A stretch of DNA of 64,000 nucleotides from Octopus vulgaris (Eukaryota), in NCBI GenBank assembly GCA_951406725.2, contig OX597815.1, positions 88,102,001 through 88,166,000 on the forward strand, written 5' to 3'. Position numbers and translations under genes: made by a program. The notes under the pieces are model-generated. The model was not told the origin of the DNA, did not search any database, and worked only from the letters and a program-made list of their open reading frames with translations. This document shows positions 50,527 through 61,089 of this stretch, piece by piece; positions within the stretch are counted from its first letter, which is position 1; the number at the start of each line of letters is the position of its first letter.

Positions 50527-50911
50527 TATTTTACTTGTTTCAGTCATTTGACTGCAGCCATGCTGGAGCACCACCTTTAATTGAGCAACTCGACCCCGGG
50601 ACTTATTCTTTGTAAGCCCAGTACTTATTCTATCGGTCTCTTTTGCCGAACCACTAAGTGACGGGGACATAAACACACCAGCATCGGTTGTCAAGCAATG
50701 CTAGGGGGACAAACACACACACACATACATATAGATATATATATACATATATACGACAGGCTTCTTTCAGTTTCCGTCTACCAAATCCACTCACAAGGTA
50801 TTGGTCGGCCCGGGGCTATAGCAGAAGACATTTGCCCAAGATGCCACGCAGTGGGACTGAACCCGGAACCATGTGGTTGGTTAGCAAGCTACTTACCACA
50901 CAGCCACTCCT
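50527..50911 (-). mobile_element. tRNA-derived SINE family B
   Basis: Reverse complement of 36916-37312. Confidence 0.92.
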
Positions 50912-51358
50912 ATAATGACAGTATATATAGCTATGTGTGTGTGTATGCATTATAGTATGTAAATTTTGCGTGTTTATACGTATTAATCATGATGAAAAAA
51001 ATTAGTCAGAAATAATACCATTTTCATTTATTTATATATGAATATAAAATGCCTTCAAATTTTACTAAGAATGAGTTGGATACTGCTAAATCTTTTTATC
51101 TTCCTTTTTATGCTTGTGTTTAGTGTTGGAGAGTCAATCTTTATCTCAGTGCTAGGCACCAACACATACACAAAAGAATATAAGATAACAGGATTTAAGA
51201 AGTATTCCTTAAAAAATTCATAGACATATTATATCTGTGCAAATAAATAAAAATACCACCATCACTTCTGACTAATTTTTCTTTCTGCCATTATCAATAT
51301 ACTACCCTGTACACTACTAAGAATTTACATTTCTGTATATATATGTTTGTGTGTATGT

Positions 51359-51684
51359 AAAGGCAGATGGCTTAGTGGTTAGAGTGTCGAGCTTACGATC
51401 GTGAGGTTGTGAGTTCGATTCCCATGACCGGGCTGTGTGTTGTGTTCTTGAGCAAGACACTTTATTTCACTTTGCTCCAGTTAACTCAGCTGTAGAAATG
51501 AGTTGCAACATCACTGGTGCCAAGCCTTTGCCTTTCCCTTGGATAACATCAGTGATGTGGAGAGGGGAGGCTGGTATGCATGAGCGACTGCTGGCCTTCC
51601 ACAAACAATCTTGCCCTGACTTGTACCTCGAAGGGTAACTTTCTAGGTGCAATCCCATGGTCATTCATGACCGAAGGGGGTCTC
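51359..51684 (+). mobile_element. tRNA-derived SINE family C
   Basis: tggcttagtggttagag A-box, gagttcgattccc B-box, tail ggtcattcatgaccgaagggggtct. Confidence 0.9.
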
Positions 51685-51774
51685 CTCATGTGTGTGTGTG
51701 TGTGTGTATGTTTTTATGTTAAAATAATTTTTACGTTAAATTGAAGGATTACTCAATACATTTGGTAGAGTACA

Positions 51775-51919
51775 AATAATTTTTTCTTTAACCAGAATAG
51801 TATTGACAGTGACTTCAAAGTTTAGGCCTGCTAAGCCATCATCAGACAGTCTGATGATGGCTTAGCTGGTCTAAACTTCAAAATCACCATCAATAATATT
51901 CATGTTAAAGAATAATATA

Positions 51920-51950
<31 letters not shown>

Positions 51951-51996
51951 TATAGAGGGCATCTATGTGTAATAGTGCCCTCTATATAATATATAT
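51775..51996. repeat. Two adjacent palindromes separated by (TA)n
   Basis: Perfect 18-bp arms gctaagccatcatcagac-a-gtctgatgatggcttagc (51830-51866) extend imperfectly to about 51775/51918; second hairpin atagagggca..tgccctctat at 51945-51996. Confidence 0.9.
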
Positions 51997-52777
51997 AAAT
52001 AAATTTAATAGAAAAAATTGATGGTTTTTTTCTTTTATGAGGTTTTTCATGCTAACTACTTGATAAATTCTTATGAAGATTTTATCCTATTTTTAAATTA
52101 TATATATATTTGTCATTGGTAAGTTTGATACTTTACAATGACTAGCAGTTTTATCCTGGTACAAGATTAGTCATAGGGAATTCCTGTGATCTCTGCAAGG
52201 TATTGAACATTTCAAATCCAATACTATATTTTTACATTTAAGTTCTGCATTTCGTAGATTTCACAGTAAATAATACATTCTAATTGTGTGTGTATGTGTG
52301 TGCATGCATGCATAATACTTATGATTTTTAGCATTATTTGTGTGTGTGGGAGTGAGAGAAATATATGAAGGTATTTCATGTATTATGCTAAATGTAAATA
52401 GCAAAACAGTTGGTGTTATGCTAAATGTAAAAAAACAAGTTTATTTTCAGCTTCTAACTAAAGTTCATTATTTTCCTAAACTTCACTGTTATTTATTTAG
52501 CCTGTCTTCATAACTTTAGTTCTTATTAACTGTGTTACTTTGAGTATTATTGCTGTTTCTAAGTTTTCAGTTTATGTTTGATTTAATTCTTAAATATATG
52601 TTCACAAACTTACAAGTGATAGATACACATTTGAGGCTATATGCAGCTTACATGAATTAACTTGAACCATGAATTGAAACCAGTTCATTGATTCAGCTGA
52701 GAGCCTATATATCACTTCTTGATTTAATTTTATAAAAGAAAATTAAAATGAATTTCTTTGCTTTTCTTTTTTTCTAG

Positions 52778-52841
52778 GATCTTGGTTCCAAAGACAGACA
52801 ACGAGAAAAAGTGTTCTTATTATTCCAGATAGTTCGAATTG
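52778..52841 (+). CDS. DOCK1: DOCK exon w10 (64 nt): DLGSKDRQREKVFLLFQIVRIG
   Basis: tAG 52776-77, GTaagt 52842; motif DLGSKD..REK...QIVR.G. Confidence 0.94.
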
Positions 52842-53019
52842 GTAAGTGAACTATGGTAGGAATCAGTGAAATTGATTAAAATTTTGAACTCTATAAGGCC
52901 AAATGTTTATACTTGTATTCTGTTTATGAAAATTATATTAAAGCAAGTTAATAAGTTCTCTTGGCTTAAAATTTACAGTGTACTTAAATACATACATACA
53001 CACTTATGTGTGTGTCCAT

Positions 53020-53255
53020 GACCTTTAGCATATACTGTGCTTGAGAAGACCTGTCAAGCCAAGTGAGAGTGTAGTTGTGGCCAATGCTAGTGTTACACAA
53101 CTGGCATGTAAAAAGCACCCATTACACTCTTGGAGAGATTGGTGTTAGGAAGGACATCCAGCCATAGAAACCATGCCAAATCAGACCAGTTCCAATCAAA
53201 CAGTCTAACCCATGCTAGCATGGAAAACAGACGTTAAATGATGATGATGATGATG
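53020..53255 (+). mobile_element. RTE 3' terminal fragment
   Basis: ctgtgcttgagaagacc..aaaagcacccattacactc..aacccatgctagcatggaaaacagacgttaaat(GAT)n. Confidence 0.85.
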
Positions 53256-53265
53256 AATCTTATCT

Positions 53266-55151
53266 TTTAACATCCAGTTTCCATGCTGGCATGGGTTGGA
53301 TGATTTGACAGGATCCAATGAGCTGGAGGATTGTGTTGAATTCCACTGTCTACTATGGCATGCTTTCTATGGCTGGATGCCCTTTCTAATGCCAACCACT
53401 TTAAAGAGTGTACTGAGTGATTTTTTTCATGACTCTAACACTAGTGTGGTTGCCAAGTAACTTACAAGACAAGAAAAAATACCCCTCAACTGAATATGGT
53501 TGTAGTCGGGAGGTAGTTTTATGTCAGGTGTTGAGAGACTAAATTATAATAGAGGGACAGGTACAGGTCTCTTGTTATAGAGGAGATACATCACCACCCT
53601 GCATTGTATAAGAGTGGGTAAGAATTACTGGAGGGAAGCCAAAAATGGTGGTGACAAGGTATTAGAGTGTACTTTCAGAGTATAGGAAGGTGAGTATAAG
53701 AGAGAATACGGACAGAGGACCAGAAAGGGTGGGTGGGAAAGTTTATAAGAACATAGAGAAGAGTGATAGATAGGAGTTGAGGTGAATGTAGTAAATGATG
53801 AACAAGGTATGGTCTATGGTAATTATCACTATAACTCAGGAGGCAGGAAGTGATAAGTGGCAATAGAGGAAGGGTGAGGAGAAGCTATATAATAAGCCTG
53901 TAGATAGATCAGAAAATAGGGAGATGATGTGCAGGATGGATTATAAGAGTGGAGGGGAGAGAGTGGACAGTGATAGAGATGAAAGTCAGAAGTATGTAGA
54001 GTGGATATACTGATCGGGGTGCAAAGGTTGAGGGTGGGGCTGTTGATGGCAGATATGAGAGAGTGTTAAAGGTGAGCTTTGGTGGTCCCAGAGGTAAGAG
54101 AGAAATAACTGGGGGCACATAAAAGGGTGATCAGTAGAAAATAAACAGGAAGGGATGATATTGGGAGTGAGTGATTGATTTTAAAAGGAAGTGGTTGCAG
54201 GGAGAGGGGAAAGTAAATTGTAGCGGAAAATGGGATGAAATGTGTGCAGATTCTGCTTTCATGTGATAACAGCAGCTGAATAATGTTGTTGATGAAAGAG
54301 TGATGAAGGGGTGGGTGTTAGGAGGATGAAATGTGGTGTGGGCTTTACAGAGACAGATTGGGGGCAGGAGTAGGGCTCAGTGACTTTAGACATAAACATA
54401 ATGCATTTAGGAGCCCACTTTTGCTATGACGGACAGGTCTTCTCAAACAGTGGATCAACAATCATTTCAGTTCTTTGTCAAGAGACTCAACATCTTGAGA
54501 TCAGCCTTCACTATTTTGTCTCATGTCTTCTTGGATCCCCTTTTTCTACAAATTCCACCTACTTTAAGTGATCAGCACCTTTATACAGTTATTTTCATCT
54601 ATTGCCATGTCATGATTGTACCAGTGCAGTCTTCTTTTTTGCACACTACATTTAATTCCTCTTAAGCCTGATTTTTTCTCTCAAACTCATTTGTACTTTG
54701 TTGTACATACATACTGGTGTTGCACATCCAACAGAGCATACTAGCTTCTTCTGTTGTCTAGTCTTCATCTGTCTTCTAAATTCGGAACCCATGTCTCTCT
54801 ACCTTTTAGCATTGCTGTTCATACATAAGCATCATACAATTATACACTCTGAGTGGTAATTGTTCTCTGAACTTTCTCCATCCTGTTCTTATTCTAGCAG
54901 CTATACTTTCAGAACTGTGATGAATTGAGGGGACTGAGAGCTGAACAGTGGCGAACTCCTACCTGCAAACTGAATTTTTTTACTGTACTCATTGCTAGCT
55001 CACACCTTACTGTACATTACTTGTGTGGCTCTCACAAGCCATCTGTTTGCTCCTAGCTTCCTCATTACAAAATGAGGGACTTTGTCAAAGGCTTTCTCCA
55101 GGTCAATAAATGCCAAGTACAATGGCTCAATGAGATTTCTATTTAATTATC
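53266..55151 (-). mobile_element. Old RTE LINE with deletions and long CT-rich 3' UTR
   Basis: Tail at 53266; minus strand PLYLAFIDLEKAFDKVP (about 55075-55125), ARIRTGWRKFRE, GICRKRGSKKT. Confidence 0.8.
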
Positions 55152-55157
55152 TGTCAG

Positions 55158-56500
55158 CTATGGACACATAAGAGATGCAGCAATGTCAAAGGAAGGCTAA
55201 CTAGGAAGATGGTTTTTGTATGTGGCAGATGCTCAGGAACAATAAACACTGAAAATGCTCTGAGACCAACTTCTGTCACTTTCCAGGGAGAAAAACTAGA
55301 AATAGTTGATAGTTTCCGTTACCTAGGTGACCAAGTCAGCAGCGGGGGCGGGTGTGCTGAAAGTGTAACTGCTAGAGTAAGAATAGCTTGGGCAAAGTTC
55401 AGAGAGCTCTTACCTCTGCTGGTGACAAAAGGCCTCTCGCACAGAGTGAAAGGCAGACTGTATGATGCGTGTGTACGAACAGCCATGCTACATGGCAGTG
55501 AAACATGGGCCGTGACTGCTGAGGATATGCGTAAGCTCGCTAGAAATGAAGCCAGTATGCTCCGATGGATGTGTAATGCCAGTACTCACACTCGGCAGAG
55601 TGTAAGTACCTTGAGAGAAAAGCTGGACCTAAGAAGCATCAGTTGTGGTGTGCAAGAGAGACGTTTGCGCTGGTATGGTCATGTGGCGAGAATGGATGAA
55701 GATAGTTGTGTGAAAAAGTGCCACACCCTAGCGGTTGAGGGAACCTGTGGAAGAGGCAGACCCAGGAAAACCTGGGACGAGGTGGTGAAGCACGACCTTC
55801 GAACTTTAGGTCTCACCGAGGAAATGACTAGAGACCGAGACCTCTGGAAGTGTGCTGTGCGCGAGAAGACCCGGCAGGACAAGTGAGTCCACAACCCGTG
55901 GCCTTCTACATGGGATGGAGCCAGCCTACGTATGCATACCTTCCCTTCTTGGGACACAAAACTCTACTTGTGAAGACGTGTTGAGGCAAGTGAGGATCAG
56001 AATCGAAATCGATCAATGGAAATTGCGGATGTGCTACCAGTGCCGGTGGCATGTCGAAACTCTGCTTGTGAAGACCCATTGAGGCAAGTGAGGATCAGAA
56101 TCGAAATCGATCAATGGAAATCGATCAATGGAAATTGCAGATGTGTTACCAGTGCCGGTGGCATGTAAGAGAACCTTCCGTTTCGCGACCGTTGCCAGCA
56201 CCGCCCCGTTTCGTGTTCGTTGCCAGCCTCGCCTGGCCCTCGTGCCGGTGGCACATAAAAAACACCATCCGTTCGTGGCCGTTTGCCAGCTCTGGCTGGC
56301 ACCAGTGCGGGTGGCACGTAAAAAGCACCCACTACACTCACGGAGTGGTTGGCGTTAGGAAGGGCATCCAGCCGTAGAAACACTGCCAGATTTGACTGGG
56401 CCTGATGAAGCCTTCTGGCTTCACAGACCCCAGCAGAACCGTCCAACCCATGCTAGCATGGAAAACGGACGCTAAATGATGATGATGATGATGATGATGA
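55158..56500 (+). mobile_element. Young 5'-truncated RTE LINE with an intact C-terminal ORF (55209-55886)
   Basis: LWTHKRCS..FVCGRC, LEIVDSFRYLG, MLHGSETW, RRLRWYGHVARM, GRGRPRKTW; CpG-rich; (GAT)n tail; candidate TSD TGTCAG at 55152-57 and 56501-06. Confidence 0.95.
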
Positions 56501-56699
56501 TGTCAGTAAGCAAACAATCTATTGGTAATAAGAAAGACACTAAGGTTTGAAATTTTAACTTAAATTTTTTGATTAGATTATTTACCAGTGTATCAAAGCT
56601 TGCAGATTAAATGCAGCACATGTTTTATGAATATCAATCACTTAATTCTACATTTGCTATTTTAACTATTAAAAAAATATTTTATATTTCTGCTTGCAG

Positions 56700-56771
56700 G
56701 TACCATGGATCCTCGGGATATGGATAACAAAAAACAAACTCAAGGCTTACGGCGACCTTTTGGTGTTGCTG
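56700..56771 (+). CDS. DOCK1: DOCK exon w11 (72 nt): GTMDPRDMDNKKQTQGLRRPFGVA
   Basis: cAG 56698-99, GTatgt 56772; motif GLRRPFGVA. Confidence 0.95.
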
Positions 56772-57057
56772 GTATGTGCATTTTCCCACCTACCTAGTCT
56801 CTTATAACCACACTCTCAATCTGTTGGGAGAAACTAAATATATTAGATAAACAGTAGTTGTCAGATGGTAGTTTTGTTTACATAGTAGTCAACAGCAATT
56901 AGCAATAAAGATACTAAAATGTGTGGGGTGGATAGAATATATGTCACTGCACACATATATAAAGTATCTGAAGCTTCATTATGAAACCTAAAAAGTGTCA
57001 TAAAGTCGTGTTTTCTAAAAACAGTTGACAAAGAAAGAGAATAAAATTTATAAATTT

Positions 57058-58722
57058 TCTATAATTATCCAATCATGTCTGTCACATATAATGACATTCT
57101 TGGTATTTCAGCTTTACTTTCTGTTCAGTTATATTTGCAGTTAATATATTGGAACACTATTTACCAACATATATATGTACTTTAATAGTGATGCTTTTAT
57201 TAAATGACTTTACTTTTAATGTAACTAAATAATGAAGTGGAATAATGAAACATTTACTACATTAGTATTCTTTTATTTTATTTTTTTTGCCGGTTTCAGT
57301 GATTAGACTGTGACCATGCTGGAGCAACACTTTCAAGGGCTTTAGTCAGTTATCAGTTATTGTCAAATTTCTCAGCTTTTCTTTAAGTTATGACTCTTTC
57401 TAGGGAGTTACTTCCAGGTAGGGAGAAAATATATCAGAAGGAATTCACTGCCATATACACAAACACACATGATTGTCTTCTACACAATTTCTACTAAATT
57501 TCACTCACAAGATTTTTGTCAGTCTGAGGTAATGTTAGATGAAATTTGCCCAAGGTGCCTCATAGTAAGATCAGATTTGGACGACATGATTGTAAAAGAT
57601 GTTTCCCATATGTGTTTATGTTAGAATATTTACAATTATATTCTAATTAGCAATTAGAAATGTCACATAAACTTACAATGTAATCATTTGTTTACATTGT
57701 AAACAAATCAATTAGAAATATGTTTCATAAACATACGATGTAAGCATTTGTCTCTGTAGACCAAGTAAATTTTGCACATTGTTTCCTAATTTTTATCTGA
57801 AGTAATGCTCACATCCAGATATCACTGTAACAGTTGAGTTTGCAAAATGTATTTTCATATTGTGTAGCTCCCTAAATATATTTCAGTACAATACAACTGG
57901 AATCTCACTGTCTTTGAGTGTTCTGCAATAATGGTAAAACTTAAAGTAATCTTTAGATGGTATAATTATCTGTAATTATCCAATCATGTCTGTCACATAT
58001 AATGACTTTCTTGGTATTTCAGTTTTACTTTCTGTTCAGTTATATTTGCAATTGATATATTGGAACACTGGGGAGACCCCTTCGGTCATGAATGACCATG
58101 GGATTGCACCTAGAAAGTTACCCTCCGAGGCACAAGTCAGAGCAAGATTGTTTGTGGAAGGCTAGCAGTCGCCCATGCATACAAGCCTCCCCTCTCCACA
58201 CTGCTGATATTATCCAAGGGAAAGGCAAAGGCCAATACAGCTTGGCACCAGTGATGTCACAACTCATTTCTATAGCCAAGTTAACTGGAGCAACGTGAAA
58301 TAAAGTGTCTTGCTCAAGAACACAACACACAGCCCGGTCCGGGAATCAAACTCACAATCTCACAATCGTGAGCTCGATGCTCTAACCACTGAGCCATGCG
58401 CCTTCACCATTGGAACAATATTTACCAACATATATATGTACCTTAATAGTGATACTTTTATTAAGTGACTTTACTTTTAGAAGACAATCATGTGTGTCTG
58501 TGTTTGTAGAAGACAATCATGCATGTGTGTGTGTTTGTGTATATTGCAGTGAACTCCTTCTGATATATTTTCTCCCCACCTGGAGGTAACTCCTTAAAAA
58601 GAGTCATAACTTAAAGAAAAGCTGAGAAGTTTGACAATAATTGATAACTGACTAAAACCCTTGAAAGTGTTGCTCCAGCATGGTCATAGTCTAATCATTG
58701 AAACTTAAAGTAATCTTTAGAT
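57058..58722. repeat. Complex local duplication with a direct copy and an inverted copy
   Basis: 57058-57218 repeated directly at 57969-58479 (split by a SINE); 57293-57482 repeated inverted at 58478-58704; 22-bp direct repeat at 57937-57958 and 58701-58722. Confidence 0.92.
58070..58408 (-). mobile_element. tRNA-derived SINE family C with TSD
   Basis: Reverse complement of 51359-51684; TSD attggaaca at 58059-67 and 58409-17. Confidence 0.93.
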
Positions 58723-58989
58723 AGTAGTGGCTAGGTAGGTTCTTTATGATAAAACAAAATATAAGCACCTTCAAGATTGCCCTGATGGTACATACGCCAG
58801 GCTTCTTAGGAAGGCTTAAAATATATCATGGTGGGTGCAGAAAAACATAAAGGGGATTAAAGGGGTACATTCCACTCATCTCTAGTATTGTTGCTCAATG
58901 CAATGATGACTATACTAGCAACTGGTATTATGCTGAATAACAGACCATAACAGATGTTACACTTTGGATTCTCTCATACTCTGATAGAG

Positions 58990-59232
58990 CAGTGGTTTTC
59001 AACCATTTTTTACATATGGTCCCCTTTGGTTCTTATTTCACTCTACTAAACCCCCATAACTATTTCATGTTTTAGAAAATCCTATTATTTTTTTATACCT
59101 AAATATTATTAGGAATTGTACTAAAAATCTGTTAAAATATTTTGTAGAAAATATGTTGTAGAAGTATGACCAATTTAGTGCACATAAATTTTAACAGCAA
59201 AATCTTATATGGATCCTGGTTGAGAACCACTT
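58990..59232. mobile_element. hAT-type MITE
   Basis: TIRs cagtggttttcaacc / ggttgagaaccactt; perfect 8-bp TSD TGATAGAG at 58982-89 and 59233-40. Confidence 0.9.
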
Positions 59233-59471
59233 TGATAGAGAATGAAGACCACTGAAGTACATAGATGTTATTGGTAGATAGCATGAGATTGAGGACTTAC
59301 CAATGCTAATGGGGACAGAGATTCCTGGCATAGTGTATCTTGCTTGTGACTGCTTCAAGAAGATCTTGTTAAAATTCTCTGTCAAAGAACATGTCCTATT
59401 TTTGTTTTGTGTTGTGAATGTCGTTGAGTGAAAACAAAAATTAACTGTTTTTCCTCCTCTTTCTTATTCAG

Positions 59472-59550
59472 CTATGGATGTTACTGCTTTCATTCAAGGA
59501 GGCTCACTTGAGTGCAATGAAGACACACAGCATTTTATTCATGTCCATAT
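59472..59550 (+). CDS. DOCK1: DOCK exon w12 (79 nt): AMDVTAFIQGGSLECNEDTQHFIHVH(M)
   Basis: cAG 59470-71, GTaagt 59551; motif MDVT..I.G....ED.QHFI. Confidence 0.92.
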
Positions 59551-59916
59551 GTAAGTGAAATACAGTGTTTTAAGAATGTACATTATATTAATAAATTGAT
59601 AAGAAATAGGATGCAAAAAGTGAGACTGAAGTTGTGTATTAACACAGAATGAAGGTGAGGCAATGCAAGTCAAAGAAAATATAGAATGGTGTTGCTAATG
59701 AGAGAAAGAAAATCAAAGTTGACCCCCTACTAGTAGTCATGTGTGAAACGACTTGGAGGTGTGTGTGTGTGGAGCAAGAGTTAGGTCCCTGGTCTCTTGG
59801 TCACACCTGGTTGTAACCTGAAACAAGAACTGATTCAAACCATGAATATCCATCCAACAATGCCAGCATGGAAAGCTCATGTGAAGGAATGATAATGATG
59901 TGTGTATCTTGTTGTA

Positions 59917-61089
59917 TTGGGTCATCCATAAATTTAGAAGTTTTTTATACTTCTTTTATTTTACAAAATTAAGATAAACAAATCTAAAATATACTCATTT
60001 TCTACAATGCTCTTCCATCTATCTGATAGATTTACAAGGCCTCTCTTCCAAAATTCACTTGTCCGTGACGAAAAATACTCCTCCAGTACTGGTCTGACCT
60101 CATCTACAGAATTCATATTTTTTCCATCCAAATGATTTTGAAGACTGCAGAATAAGTGATAATCAGATGGGGCAATGCCTGGCGAATATTGTGGGTGGGT
60201 CATCATTTCCCATTCAAACTGCTCCAGCCTTTGGAATGTCATCCTCTCTGTATGTGACCAAGCATTATCCTGATGGAAGAACATCTTTCATCTTGAAACC
60301 AAAGATGGTCATTTTCTTCTAGCACTGACTTATGCTGTTCAAGCTGCTTGCAGCTTTGTTATCATTTGGTTTGGGTTTAAAAGTTCAATAGGACTAAACC
60401 TTTCATATCCCACCTAACAGACAACAACATCTTATGTGGGTGAAGACTTTCTTTAGCCTGGGTTGTCAGTGTTTTTTCCTTTCCCTGGCACTTGACATTT
60501 TTATAGAGAACCCATTTCTCGTCACCAGACATGACAGCAAAGATGAGCACACCTTCACTCTCTGCATGCAATTAGACTTGGAAAGCTTGCGAGGAACCCA
60601 TTGACCCAATTTGCTGGCTTTTCCAATGGCACACAGGTGTCAATGGATGGTTGAATGATTAAATCCAATCTTCTCTGCTAGTTCCTCATCAGTTACAATG
60701 GAGTATTGTTCCACCAGGGTTTGCAGGATGTCCTCATCTAGCTCTACAGGTCTTCCAGAATAAGTCTCATCTAGGCTGTAGTTTCCAGCTTTGAATTTCT
60801 GGAACCACCGTGGACACTGGCTTATCCTTATTGTCCGATCCCCATATACTGCATTAATATTCCTCACACTTTCCATTGCATTGTTGCCTTTATTGAACTC
60901 ATAAACCTTAGCTTTGAAAAAATTACTGTTAAAATCAAACTGCACTCTTCAAAACTTTACACAAAGAATAAGGACACGGTAAAATTACTACCTACTTTTA
61001 TAGCAAGTTGATGCAGTTAGTTTATCCTGTCCCCACTCTGACTTTTCATACAATTGAAAAAAAAACGCATTATTTATGGGATGACCCAA
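59917..61089 (-). mobile_element. Mariner (DD34D) transposon, near full length, pseudogenised
   Basis: TA-ttgggtcatccataaat ... atttatgggatgacccaa-TA; transposase fragments with HTH (RWFQKFKAGNYSL...SGRP), SGDEKW, HQDNA, YSPGIAPSDYHLF; frameshifts and stops. Confidence 0.95.

Noticed and set aside
51359-51430. tRNA-like sequences here and at 35412, 36916, 39640-39712 and 58340-58408
   Set aside because: They are SINE heads continuing into family bodies, some with TSDs; no complete cloverleaf seen.
55209-55886. 225-aa ORF as an independent gene
   Set aside because: C-terminal part of a 5'-truncated RTE ORF.
60377-60945. SETMAR-like host gene
   Set aside because: No SET domain; TIRs and TA TSD are present and the ORF is broken, so it is an ordinary mariner copy.
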